NCBI GenBank assembly: GCA_965205855.1
Contig: OZ242184.1
Span: 736,001 to 800,000, forward strand
From: Thermodesulfobacteriota bacterium
GTDB lineage: Bacteria; Desulfobacterota_D; UBA1144; Nemesobacterales; Mycalebacteriaceae
Length of the DNA: 64,000 nucleotides
Direction of reading: 5' to 3'
Of this stretch, positions 50,229-59,505 are shown piece after piece. Position 1 is the first letter of the stretch. Every line of letters begins with the position of its first letter. The position numbers were made by a program, and so were the translations under genes. Under the pieces are notes generated by a model, which worked only from the letters and a program-made list of their open reading frames with translations, did no database searches and was not told the DNA's origin.

Positions 50229-50675
50229 ATGAACATAGCGGTTGGAAGCGATGAAAAGACACACCTTACCGATTTTGTTGTACACTACCTTGAAAAACAA
50301 GGGGCACGTGTAAAACTTTTCGGGCCCCTTGTTGGCGAAGGAATTCAGTGGACCGATGTTGCCGAAGCGGTGGCACTTGAGGTTGCAAACGGCAGTTGTG
50401 ACCAGGGAGTAGTTTTCTGCTGGACGGGAACGGGGGTTTCAATTGCGGCGAATAAAATCCCCGGTGTGCGCGCCGCTCTTTGCAATGATTCTGAGACCGC
50501 CTCTGGCGCCAGAAAGTGGAACGATGCGAATGTTCTCGCAATGAGTTTAAGACAGACTTCAACTCAGGTTGCAAGAGAGATACTTGATGGCTGGTTTGGC
50601 TCAGATCCTGAAAAAAACGAAAAGGTCAACATAGACAAAATTGCGCACCTGGAAAGGAAGTATTTACTGAAATGA
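50229..50675 (+). CDS. RpiB/LacA/LacB family sugar-phosphate isomerase
   Basis: MNIAVGSD, CWTGTGVSIAANKIPGVRAAL, WNDANVL. Confidence 0.88.
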   Translation: MNIAVGSDEKTHLTDFVVHYLEKQGARVKLFGPLVGEGIQWTDVAEAVALEVANGSCDQGVVFCWTGTGVSIAANKIPGVRAALCNDSETASGARKWNDANVLAMSLRQTSTQVAREILDGWFGSDPEKNEKVNIDKIAHLERKYLLK

Positions 50676-51679
50676 AAGCAAATGATTTGACAATCGCCAT
50701 AGCCGGAGCCACGGGAGCCGTAGGACGGGAAGTTTTGACCATTCTTGAACAGAGGGATTTTCCGGTTGGGGACATCAGGCTTTTTTCGTCTGAAAATTCC
50801 GAGGGAAAAGAGATTGAATTTCGCCATTCCGCTTTTCACGCGCGGACTATTTCTCCCGGATGCTTTTCTGGAGTTGACATCGCAATTTTTTCAATGGGAG
50901 CTGCAAACAGTCTCGCTTACGCCCCGCAAGCGGCAGATGAGGGCGCGGTGGTTGTGGACAACAGTTCCGCATTTAGAATGGATGAGGATGTTCCTTTGGT
51001 TATACCGGAAATTAACGGACACAAATTGGATGAAATTCCGCGCAAACGCATTTTTGCGAACCCGAATTGCACAACAGCCATTGCCGCAATGGCGCTCAAA
51101 CCCATTCACGACATGGCAACGGTTAAAAACGTAATAGCAACCAGTTTTCAGTCTGTTTCAGGAGCGGGATACGGGGGAATTCAGGAATTGGAAAACCAGA
51201 TGCGCAAGTGGCCTGCAAAGGTAGGATCCAAGGTTTTCCCCGCACAGATAGCACTTAACATCATACCTAAAATTGATATTTTTCTTGACAATCAATACAC
51301 AAAAGAGGAAATGAAAATCCACAATGAGACCCGGAAAATCTTTGAATCCGACATCAAAATCAGCATGACTGCCGTAAGGGTTCCCGTTATGAGAGCGCAT
51401 TGCATCTCGTTGAATGTGGAAACGCAATTGCCGATTTCCCCGGATGAGATAAAAAGAGCGATTGACAACTTTCCCGGAGTTCAAGTTGCCGAAGACCTTT
51501 CATACCCGATGCCGATTAACTGTTCGGGCGGGGATGACTGCTTTGTCGGGAGGATAAGGCGCGATATAATCGGTGAGAATCGTGTCTCTCTGTGGGTTGT
51601 CGGCGACCAATTGAGAAAAGGCGCGGCTCTGAACTCCGTCCAAATAACCGAGCAGATAGCAGGTCGCCATGGCTCCTGA
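50672..51679 (+). CDS. asd: Aspartate-semialdehyde dehydrogenase
   Basis: GATGAVG, DNSSAFRM, ANPNCTT, QSVSGAG, RVPV, DQLRKGAALN. Confidence 0.96.
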   Translation: MKANDLTIAIAGATGAVGREVLTILEQRDFPVGDIRLFSSENSEGKEIEFRHSAFHARTISPGCFSGVDIAIFSMGAANSLAYAPQAADEGAVVVDNSSAFRMDEDVPLVIPEINGHKLDEIPRKRIFANPNCTTAIAAMALKPIHDMATVKNVIATSFQSVSGAGYGGIQELENQMRKWPAKVGSKVFPAQIALNIIPKIDIFLDNQYTKEEMKIHNETRKIFESDIKISMTAVRVPVMRAHCISLNVETQLPISPDEIKRAIDNFPGVQVAEDLSYPMPINCSGGDDCFVGRIRRDIIGENRVSLWVVGDQLRKGAALNSVQITEQIAGRHGS

Positions 51680-52235
51680 TTTTTTCTTTTTAATTAAGAG
51701 CAGAATTGCCTCCCTGTTTGCTTCCGAATCGATTGCGAAAATTTCCCCGAAATTGCGCGCAAGTCTGGAGGCAAAGACCGAAGGCGGGAAAGTCCTGTAT
51801 TGCCTGAAGGCGGAGAAGGTTTTTCACAAGCGCGTTTCCTCCTTTATGGGAGAAACCTTCTTCAGAACAGTTGCGGCTGTTACGGACAGCAAGCTGCTTG
51901 TGCTTAAAGAATCCTCCGAATATCATGAGATTGTATCTTTTCCCCTCAAAAATATTTCAAACCACAGCATTCAGTCTGACGGCGGAAAACCGTCTTTATT
52001 TGTAAACTTGAACGACGGTTCCGAAACTCACCTTGTTTTTTCATCAAATGATCCGGAAATAGATGCGTTTATCCGTTGTCTCAGCACGGCAGACCCGGCC
52101 GTGTCGGTGGAATTATCCGGCAAAGCATCATTTTGCGGACAATGCGGCAGAAGGTCTCAACCGGAAAACAAATTCTGTGTCGGCTGCGGCACGCCTCTTG
52201 ATTTTAAGTTGCCGGAAACTACAATGGTTGGATAA
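51669..52235 (+). CDS. Hypothetical protein: bacterial PH-like domain plus C-terminal zinc ribbon
   Basis: AAVTDSKLLV...SFPLKNI (PH-like strands); FCGQCG...KFCVGCGTPL. Confidence 0.7.
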   Translation: MAPDFFFLIKSRIASLFASESIAKISPKLRASLEAKTEGGKVLYCLKAEKVFHKRVSSFMGETFFRTVAAVTDSKLLVLKESSEYHEIVSFPLKNISNHSIQSDGGKPSLFVNLNDGSETHLVFSSNDPEIDAFIRCLSTADPAVSVELSGKASFCGQCGRRSQPENKFCVGCGTPLDFKLPETTMVG

Positions 52236-52258
52236 GCGTTTTTACGGAGATTACATCT

Positions 52259-53146
52259 ATGCTTCATGGTTCACTCGTAGCTCTCATAACACCTTTCAAA
52301 AAAGATTTTTCCGTGGATGAATTGGCTCTTGAAAAACTTATTGAGTTTCACATCAAAAGCGGTACCAACGCGATTGTTTCTTGCGGGACGACCGGAGAAT
52401 CCGCTACCCTTTTGCATGACGAGCACAAAAAGGTTATGGAATTGACCGTAAAACTGTGCGCGGGTAGATTGCCCGTGGTTGCCGGGACCGGTTCCAACAG
52501 TACGGAGGAGGCTGTTGATCTCACCCGTTTTGCGGAAAAAGCCGGAGCGGTTTCAGCCCTTGTGGTAGTTCCGTATTACAACAAACCGTCGCAGCGGGGT
52601 TTGTTAGAGCATTTCGGAAAGGTCGCTTCAAGCGTTGGCATTCCCATCATTCTTTACAATGTTCCGGGACGGTCGGCGACAAATTTGCTTCCTGAAACCG
52701 TTGCCCGGCTTCAGGAAAAATATAAAAATATCAAGGGAATCAAAGAGGCGTCTTCCGTGGAACAGGCTTCAAAAGTTATAAGCTTGTGCAAAGGTGACTT
52801 CTCTCTTTTTTCCGGAGATGACTCCGTAAATTTCCCCCTTCTGTGCCTCGGAAGCAAAGGTTCCATTACCGTTACGGCAAACATAGCGCCGAAAGATGTG
52901 GCAAAAATGCATTCCTTTTACGAGAAAGGGGAAATCCGGAAAGCGAGAAAGATTCACTACAAATTGCTACCTCTGAACGAAGCGATGTTTTTTGAATCAA
53001 ATCCCGTTCCGGTGAAAACCGCTCTCTCTTTGATGAAAATGGATTCCGGAATATTTAGACCACCTCTGTGCGCTATGTCTCCGGGCGGCAAGAAGGGGCT
53101 TGTGCGGGTTCTCAAACAATACGGTTTGATTGACAGAGCAAGTTAA
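52259..53146 (+). CDS. dapA: 4-hydroxy-tetrahydrodipicolinate synthase
   Basis: ALITPF, GTTGES, GTGSNST, PYYNKP, LYNVPGR, GIKEAS, SNPVPVK. Confidence 0.97.
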   Translation: MLHGSLVALITPFKKDFSVDELALEKLIEFHIKSGTNAIVSCGTTGESATLLHDEHKKVMELTVKLCAGRLPVVAGTGSNSTEEAVDLTRFAEKAGAVSALVVVPYYNKPSQRGLLEHFGKVASSVGIPIILYNVPGRSATNLLPETVARLQEKYKNIKGIKEASSVEQASKVISLCKGDFSLFSGDDSVNFPLLCLGSKGSITVTANIAPKDVAKMHSFYEKGEIRKARKIHYKLLPLNEAMFFESNPVPVKTALSLMKMDSGIFRPPLCAMSPGGKKGLVRVLKQYGLIDRAS

Positions 53147-53744
53147 ATTGCCAATAAGCTCACTGAAGTATGAAACGGAGATTTGGGCGGCGGGGCTTGT
53201 TCCCGCGGGAATAGATGAAGCGGGGAGAGGTCCCATAGCGGGGCCTGTTGTTGCCGCGGCGGCAATTCTGCCCGAGAACTTCAATCTCACCGGAGTTGAT
53301 GATTCAAAGAAAGTTTCACCCGTGAGAAGAGAGAAACTTTTTGAAAGTTTTTCCCGAAACGGAGTTGAATATGCTGTTGGAATGGCGGACGCACGGGAAA
53401 TAGATGAAATCAACATACTGTGTGCGACAATAAAAGCAATGGAACGGGCGGTTGCCGCTTTGCGGACTTCTCCCGGCTTTCTTTTGATAGACGGAAACAA
53501 GGAAACTCATCTTTCCATAAAACAACGCCCCATAATCGGGGGTGACAGTAAATGCATGTCAATCGCGGTCGCATCCATTGTGGCAAAGGTTACCCGTGAC
53601 AGAATGATGAAAGAACTGCACAAAAATTACCCAGCATATAACTTTTCCAAACATAAGGGCTATCCCACTGCGGAGCACAGAAACCTTATTGAGCGATACG
53701 GCCTGTGTCCCGAACATAGAAAAAGCTTCAGACTAACTACATAA
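53130..53744 (+). CDS. rnhB: Ribonuclease HII
   Basis: GIDEAGRGPIAGPV, DSKK, DGN, SIVAKVTRD, HKGYPT, HRKSF. Confidence 0.97.
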   Translation: MTEQVKLPISSLKYETEIWAAGLVPAGIDEAGRGPIAGPVVAAAAILPENFNLTGVDDSKKVSPVRREKLFESFSRNGVEYAVGMADAREIDEINILCATIKAMERAVAALRTSPGFLLIDGNKETHLSIKQRPIIGGDSKCMSIAVASIVAKVTRDRMMKELHKNYPAYNFSKHKGYPTAEHRNLIERYGLCPEHRKSFRLTT

Positions 53745-53784
53745 CATCTTGAAACCACAACAATTCGTAATATCCTATTACTCG

Positions 53785-54150
53785 ATGAATATGAGTAACT
53801 TGCAGGATTCAAAAAAACTCGCCGACAAGCTCTATTTCAAAATTGGGGAAGTGAGCGAGTACACGGGACTGAAAAACCATACTATCCGTTACTGGGAAAA
53901 AGAGTTTAAGCAAATCAAACCAATCAGAAGACGCAACCAGCGACTCTATGACAGAGAGACAGTTTATCTGATACTCAGAATCAAGCGAATGCTTTATAAA
54001 GAAAACTACACAATTGCCGGAGCTATCAAAAAACTCAAAGAGGGTTTGCCAGATTCGGACGGAAGAAAAAAGGATACGGAAATTTTTTCAGCGATTTTGG
54101 AAGAATTGAAGGGAATAGCAGACCTTCTGCATGATAATAAACAGTTATAA
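53785..54150 (+). CDS. MerR-family HTH transcriptional regulator
   Basis: KLYFKIGEVS...HTIRYWEKEF...RLY...LY.ENYTIAGA; the merR-tRNA-Pro-surE arrangement is a known synteny. Confidence 0.9.
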   Translation: MNMSNLQDSKKLADKLYFKIGEVSEYTGLKNHTIRYWEKEFKQIKPIRRRNQRLYDRETVYLILRIKRMLYKENYTIAGAIKKLKEGLPDSDGRKKDTEIFSAILEELKGIADLLHDNKQL

Positions 54151-54168
54151 TATCATTCCAAATTAAAT

Positions 54169-54245
54169 CGGGGCGTAGCGCAGCCTGGTAGCGCACCGGT
54201 CTGGGGGACCGGTGGTCATCGGTTCAAATCCGGTCGCCCCGACCA
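54169..54245 (+). tRNA. tRNA-Pro(GGG)
   Basis: CGGGGCGTAGCGCAGCCTGGTAGCGCACCGGTCT-GGG-GGACCGGTGGTCATCGGTTCAAATCCGGTCGCCCCGACCA. Confidence 0.96.
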
Positions 54246-54252
54246 CATTACC

Positions 54253-55029
54253 ATGCCGACCAAGACAAGAATACTTGTATCGAATGATGACGGGATAACG
54301 TCTCCCGGAATCATTGCTCTTGAAAAATCTCTTGCGAGTATAGTGAAAGAGGTGATTGTGGTAGCCCCCGACAGAGACCAAAGCGCGGTTAGCCATGCCT
54401 TGAATCTTCACAGACCTCTTCGCGTTGAGAAGGTATTGCACAATAGATACAGCGTTGATGGCACTCCGACAGATTGTATAAACCTCGCCGTAAACGGTTT
54501 AATCAAAGGTAAAAAGCCTGACATGATCCTTTCCGGCATTAACAAAGGGGCTAACCTTGGTGAAGACATAACATATTCCGGTACGGTTAGCGCGGCTATG
54601 GAGGGAACTCTTTTGGGAATCCCCTCCGTTGCCATATCCGTTTTGGGAAGAGATGATTTTATTTTTGGACCTGCGGCGGAATACGCAAAGACAGTGGTGG
54701 TTTTTCTTCTGAAAAACCGCCTTCCAAAAAACACTCTTCTTAATGTAAATGTTCCGAATATGCCGCTTGAAAGAATTAAGGGCGTGAAAATTACAAAACA
54801 GGGCAAGAGGTTCTTTTACAATAACAAGGTAATTAAAAACAAAGATCCAAGAGGCAAAGATTATTACTGGATAGGCGGCGACGAGACCGGTTTCGTTAAG
54901 ACCCCCAATTCTGACATTGCTTCGGTTATGAGAGGGTATATATCCATAACACCCATCAAACTTGATTTTACAGATCATGCATACCTTGAGACTCTGAGTA
55001 AAAAACACATTACAGCTCTGAAAAAATGA
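54253..55029 (+). CDS. surE: 5'/3'-nucleotidase SurE
   Basis: LVSNDDG, VAP, DGTPTDC, SGINKGANLG, YSGTVSAAMEG. Confidence 0.97.
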   Translation: MPTKTRILVSNDDGITSPGIIALEKSLASIVKEVIVVAPDRDQSAVSHALNLHRPLRVEKVLHNRYSVDGTPTDCINLAVNGLIKGKKPDMILSGINKGANLGEDITYSGTVSAAMEGTLLGIPSVAISVLGRDDFIFGPAAEYAKTVVVFLLKNRLPKNTLLNVNVPNMPLERIKGVKITKQGKRFFYNNKVIKNKDPRGKDYYWIGGDETGFVKTPNSDIASVMRGYISITPIKLDFTDHAYLETLSKKHITALKK

Positions 55030-55048
55030 AGTTCAAAAAATGAAGTTC
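55021..55048 (+). repeat. Perfect 14-bp tandem duplication at the surE/yqaA junction
   Basis: AAAAAATGAAGTTC at 55021-55034 and 55035-55048. Confidence 0.9.
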
Positions 55049-55618
55049 ATCAGATATCTTTATAACAGATTTACCGGACTCGCGGACAAGACGTATGCAC
55101 TTTGGGTTCTGGGGGCGACGGCCTTTTTTGAGTCGTTTGTATTTCCCCTTCCGCCAGAAACTCTGCTTATGCCAATGTGTCTGGGTAATCCCGGAAAAGC
55201 GTTCAGATTTGCTCTTATTTGTTCGATATTTTCAGTGCTTGGAGCTTGTGCCGGATTTTTTCTCGGCAAATTTCTCTGGGGATTCATCCATGAATGGTTT
55301 TTCGCGTATGTCTTTAGTGAAGTAAATTTCAATGCGGTCGGCGGGCAGTTTAACAAAAACACTTTTACGGCAATTTTGGTGTCTGCCTTTACTCCGATTC
55401 CTTTTAAGGTTTTTACGGTTGCGGCCGGTGTATTCAATGTGAGCTTCGCCGCTCTTGTCGCTGGCTCCGCCATTGGCAGAGGCATAAGGTTCTTTCTTCT
55501 GGCGGGGCTTTTATGGAAGTTCGGGAAAACAGTCAAGCCTTTTATTGACAGGCATTTGAATACTTTGACTGTTGTTACCACGGTTCTTGTGGTGGCTGTT
55601 GTCATGTTTTTGAAATAG
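55040..55618 (+). CDS. YqaA/DedA (VTT-domain) membrane protein
   Basis: AFFESFVFPLPPE.LLMPM, FTPIPFKVFTVAAG, GRGIRFF. Confidence 0.9.
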   Translation: MKFIRYLYNRFTGLADKTYALWVLGATAFFESFVFPLPPETLLMPMCLGNPGKAFRFALICSIFSVLGACAGFFLGKFLWGFIHEWFFAYVFSEVNFNAVGGQFNKNTFTAILVSAFTPIPFKVFTVAAGVFNVSFAALVAGSAIGRGIRFFLLAGLLWKFGKTVKPFIDRHLNTLTVVTTVLVVAVVMFLK

Positions 55619-55717
55619 AACCACAATGACTCCCTCACTTTTCTGTTATTCTTTTCTTTGAGAGAAGAAGGACATGGTTTCAACAAGAAACGCAAAAAAC
55701 GCATTTAATCATTACAT

Positions 55718-56569
55718 TTGGGTTGTGTCATATTGAAAACGTTACGGAAAAACAAAGAGAGCAGAAACCTGTCGAAAAGAAAGCATCTGACCGTATCTCT
55801 CGTTATTGCGTTGCTTCTTCATTTTTTCCTGGTTTTGTTCGTGGGTCTCAGGGAGTACTTCTTTGCGTATCCGGTTGCTGATATTGAAAAAGAGCAGTTT
55901 TTTGAGATTACGGAGCTAGTAGTACCGGAAGAAGAATCCACCGACACTGCGGTAGAAAACCCGAAGAAACTTTCGGACAGGTCTTACAATTCACGAAAAA
56001 ACAAAACAAAATTCGGCATTTCCGGTTCTCGTGCCTTCTCATTCCCTCCCGATTCTCCGGAAGTCAACAATGAGAGTGACGGTAAGGACAAAAGTGAGCT
56101 TTCGGTTAACGGCAATTTCGTCAAACGGTTAATTGAAGGAACGGACAAGTCTTATTTGAAACAGATTCCTTCCGAGTCCAGCGAGCAGATTGGAAACAAC
56201 GGCGAGTACGAAGGAGAGGACAACGAAACAGATGTCAGTTTGGAAAAATTCAGACAGTATTCCTACTGGATTAAAGCAAAGAAAAAGATAGGGAACGCAT
56301 GGAGTCCTCATAGTGGAAGACTTTCTTCTCAAAGAAACACCGATATTAAGGCAAGTATCCATATAGTGATAGCGAAAAACGGAAATCTTGAACTGGCAAG
56401 AGTTGTTCATTCTTCGGGACTTCCCGAATTTGACAGAGAAGCAATTAGGGCGATAAGAGTCGCCGCACCTTACAATTCTTTCCCGGAGAGTTGGAGAGAA
56501 GAACGAGTGAGCGCCATGATACGTTTTGTTATGTTGGGCGGTTTAAGTTGGGAAAAAATCTTCATGTGA
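55718..56569 (+). CDS. TonB/TolA-family energy transducer
   Basis: TM with SLVIALLLH (S-x-H motif), acidic linker, TonB_C-like domain (IAKNGNL...SSG..EFDREAIRAIRVAAPY..FP). Confidence 0.82.
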   Translation: MGCVILKTLRKNKESRNLSKRKHLTVSLVIALLLHFFLVLFVGLREYFFAYPVADIEKEQFFEITELVVPEEESTDTAVENPKKLSDRSYNSRKNKTKFGISGSRAFSFPPDSPEVNNESDGKDKSELSVNGNFVKRLIEGTDKSYLKQIPSESSEQIGNNGEYEGEDNETDVSLEKFRQYSYWIKAKKKIGNAWSPHSGRLSSQRNTDIKASIHIVIAKNGNLELARVVHSSGLPEFDREAIRAIRVAAPYNSFPESWREERVSAMIRFVMLGGLSWEKIFM

Positions 56570-57602
56570 TAAGCACACTGGCGCCGTTTTTCTTTTTCTT
56601 TTCAACTTTTCCGATAATACGCGCGTCTTTGCAACCCACTTCGTCCAGTTTGCTCACTATTGCGCTTGAGTCTGAGGGGTCAACGATAAGCGTCATTCCA
56701 ATCCCACAGTTAAAAGTTCCATACATATCGGAGTCATCTAAATTCGCGGAGTCTTGAATTAACTTGAATATTGACGGAATTTTCCAACAAGATTTTTCAA
56801 GAACCGCCGAGTAAGAGTCCGGTAACGAGCGAGGTATATTTTCAAGCAATCCACCGCCTGTTATGTGGGCGATTGAATTAATGTCAAAACTTTCCGACAG
56901 TGCTTTGATGGGACGCGAGTAGATTGTTGTTGGTTCAAGAAGCTCATCAACAAGTGCACGCGAAAGTCCCTCAGGTGTGGAATTCAAGGGAATTTCCCGA
57001 TTTTCAAGAAGGGACTTTCTTACAAGAGAATAACCGTTGGAATGTATTCCACTTGACGGAAGAGAAATTATCTCATTGCCGGAGCTGACTCTCTCTCCGC
57101 TTATATATTTGTTTCTGTGGACAATCCCGACTGCAAATCCAGCAAGGTCAAATTCTTCATTTTTATAGAAACCGGGCATTTCTGCGGTTTCTCCGCCCAG
57201 AAGTGCGCAACCCGCTTCGGCGCATCCACTTGCTATTCCCCGGACGACTTCAGCCATTTTCTCTGCATCCAGTCGCGAGGCGGCGATGTAGTCCAGAAAA
57301 AAAAGAGGCATCGCTCCGCAAGTGATGATGTCATTAACGCACATTGCCACGAGATCAATCCCTATTGTATTAAACCTGCCAGAAGCAAATGCTATTTTCA
57401 GTTTTGTCCCGACGCCATCGGTCGTTCCGACAATATACGAGTCAGTGTCGGGAAGCATATACGCTCCCGCAAAACCGCCGTATGATTCCAAAACACTTTT
57501 GCCGTGAGTGGCTTGAACAAAAGGCTTTATGAGGCTGACAAATCTGCTCCCTTCTTTTGTGCTTACGCCCGAACCAGAATATGTTAGTTTCTTTTTAGCC
57601 AC
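56562..57602 (-). CDS. purM: Phosphoribosylformylglycinamidine cyclo-ligase
   Basis: TDGVGTK, DLVAMCVND, GGETAEMPG, SSGIHSNGYSLVR, HITGGG, FNCGIG. Confidence 0.97.
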   Translation of the reverse strand: MAKKKLTYSGSGVSTKEGSRFVSLIKPFVQATHGKSVLESYGGFAGAYMLPDTDSYIVGTTDGVGTKLKIAFASGRFNTIGIDLVAMCVNDIITCGAMPLFFLDYIAASRLDAEKMAEVVRGIASGCAEAGCALLGGETAEMPGFYKNEEFDLAGFAVGIVHRNKYISGERVSSGNEIISLPSSGIHSNGYSLVRKSLLENREIPLNSTPEGLSRALVDELLEPTTIYSRPIKALSESFDINSIAHITGGGLLENIPRSLPDSYSAVLEKSCWKIPSIFKLIQDSANLDDSDMYGTFNCGIGMTLIVDPSDSSAIVSKLDEVGCKDARIIGKVEKKKKNGASVLIT

Positions 57603-57614
57603 AAAAGACCGCCG

Positions 57615-57755
57615 TTACCACGGTAGTTTATTCATAAGGGGAGCAATTACGGGACCAAAAAAGGCAACTGTCACGATTAGTATTATAAAGCCCGTGATAA
57701 GAAGAACAATCTTTGCGACGAGAAGTTTTGTCAGAGTATCAAGAAATCTGTCCAT
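57615..57755 (-). CDS. Small single-pass membrane protein (46 aa) at the end of the ACIII operon
   Basis: MDRFLDTLTKLLVAKIVLLITGFIILIVTVAFFGPVIAPLMNKLPW*. The ATG is 3 nt after the actF stop, with GGAGG upstream; the ORF fills the actF-purM gap. Confidence 0.7.
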   Translation of the reverse strand: MDRFLDTLTKLLVAKIVLLITGFIILIVTVAFFGPVIAPLMNKLPW

Positions 57756-57758
57756 GCT

Positions 57759-58955
57759 TCAGTGACCTCCGTGATGTGAATTCGGACCGTCAAAAAATGG
57801 GTCTCCAAAAGGTATTGCCGGGAATTTGTTTAGAAAAAACAGAACCGTACATAAAAATGCCCCGGCAAATCCAAGCGTTATCAGAATCTCATGCGGTGAA
57901 ATTTCCAATGAAGAAAAGAGTGACGGAGTAACAAACAGGAATTTATCCATCCACAAGCCGCAGAGAAATACCACCGATATGAACACCGCAATGGGTGTTA
58001 CAATTTTATGTGTCCTTGGCATAAATGAGACGAAAGGAAAGATAAAACAGCACGTAAAAACCGCCCATGCAAATGTTCTGAAAGGCTCTTCCGATATCCT
58101 TTTAATAACAAAAGCGGTTTCTTCCGGCATATTTGCATACCATATCGGCAGAAGTTGAGAGAACATCAGATAAGCCCACAAAAGAGCAAACCCATTGAGC
58201 ATTTTTCCAATGTCCCAGTAGTGATAGTCGCTAAGGTAGTCTTTCAGGTTCAGATAACGGGAAAGGCCGGTTGAGACTATCAGGGTCATGGCCACTGCCG
58301 ATATAAGACCGCCCATGAAGTAATAAGGTCCAAGTAATGTACTGAACCAGTGAGGGTCGAGAGACATCATAAAGTCCCACGCGAAAAGGCTGAAAACCAC
58401 CGAATAGGTTGCCACAATAAAAGTGGCGAGTCTTTTAATATCAGAGAAAGCCGGCGCCGCCTCGGGTTTTATGTCCATAAGCAGGGACCCCCGGACATAT
58501 CTGTATGTCAGAAACAGAAGAACTGCGAATCCCAGAAAATTTCTTAGAAAAACAAACGGCATACTGAGCCAAACATCTTTTGGGGGATGGTAGTGATGAG
58601 TGGAGTAAGGAAGAATTTTGTCAGCGCCAATGAATATTAAAAGCAGAAGTAGGATTGAGACGGGCAAAAAAGAAGCGAAAGACTCGCTGATTCTGAGAAA
58701 AGACCTGCCCCATCTGGCATTTGTAATCCTTAGTACACATGAAAATATCACCCCTCCCTGAGCAACTGCAGTCCAGAAAAGAAAGTTAATCAAAAGCACT
58801 CGCCAAGCGCCGTCCGCACGTTCCGGGGAGGCAATGGCAATAATAAAAGCAAGAGTGCCAACCGTGGCAATACTCGCCAGGAAAAGCAAAATCCATTTTG
58901 GAATCTTTCCGGTTTTGCCGAGCACCGTTTCACGGGTTATGTCAATTTTGATCAT
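57759..58955 (-). CDS. actF: Alternative complex III membrane subunit ActF (NrfD-like)
   Basis: 10-TM pattern, ARWGRSFLRISE, DFMMSLDPHWFST, DIGKML, WAYLMFSQLLPIWYANMPEET. Confidence 0.9.
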   Translation of the reverse strand: MIKIDITRETVLGKTGKIPKWILLFLASIATVGTLAFIIAIASPERADGAWRVLLINFLFWTAVAQGGVIFSCVLRITNARWGRSFLRISESFASFLPVSILLLLLIFIGADKILPYSTHHYHPPKDVWLSMPFVFLRNFLGFAVLLFLTYRYVRGSLLMDIKPEAAPAFSDIKRLATFIVATYSVVFSLFAWDFMMSLDPHWFSTLLGPYYFMGGLISAVAMTLIVSTGLSRYLNLKDYLSDYHYWDIGKMLNGFALLWAYLMFSQLLPIWYANMPEETAFVIKRISEEPFRTFAWAVFTCCFIFPFVSFMPRTHKIVTPIAVFISVVFLCGLWMDKFLFVTPSLFSSLEISPHEILITLGFAGAFLCTVLFFLNKFPAIPFGDPFFDGPNSHHGGH

Positions 58956-59505
58956 CTTTTGTTTCCTGTGCGTCTTTTTTTACCACGGCGACTTTTTTCT
59001 GTAAATCTCTCATATAGTTGACAATATGCCATGCGTCATTGAGAGAAGGCATATTTTCCGCATATGCGGGCATCATAACTTTTCCTCCGTACATTATATA
59101 GGCGTAGATATATCCGTCAGTTCTTGCCGTTGCCGCTGCGGAAGTAAGGTTCACCGGATAAAACCCGTGCCCTTTTGTAATAATAAGACCGTCTCCAAGC
59201 CCTTTCTTACCATGGCATGAGACACAGTTGTAAGAAAAAAGCTCCTTCCCTCTCTCAATTGATTCGGAAGTCGGTTCAATCGGCGATTTCTCCATTGCCT
59301 CAACCTCTTCTCTGGGCAATATGAGTTCGGAGTTTCTGCTCAAAGATTTTTGAGGGTAAAGCACCGGTTCTTCATAGGGGTCGAAAGATGGTTGCACCCA
59401 CATGTCAAAAGACCACGGAAAGGACAAGGCATCTTTTGCAACAGCCAGAGTCCCAAGGAAAACTAGTGTGGCAAATATAAATTTTAATGTTTTATGCGGA
59501 GTCAA
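58942..59505 (-). CDS. actE: Alternative complex III monoheme cytochrome c ActE
   Basis: DMWVQPSFDPYE, RGKELF..NCVSCHG..G.GDG, DGYIY...G..MMPAY, WHIVNYMR. Confidence 0.88.
   Translation of the reverse strand: MTPHKTLKFIFATLVFLGTLAVAKDALSFPWSFDMWVQPSFDPYEEPVLYPQKSLSRNSELILPREEVEAMEKSPIEPTSESIERGKELFSYNCVSCHGKKGLGDGLIITKGHGFYPVNLTSAAATARTDGYIYAYIMYGGKVMMPAYAENMPSLNDAWHIVNYMRDLQKKVAVVKKDAQETKDDQN

Noticed and set aside
55060-55704. 214-aa minus-strand ORF
   Set aside because: It is an antisense shadow of yqaA.
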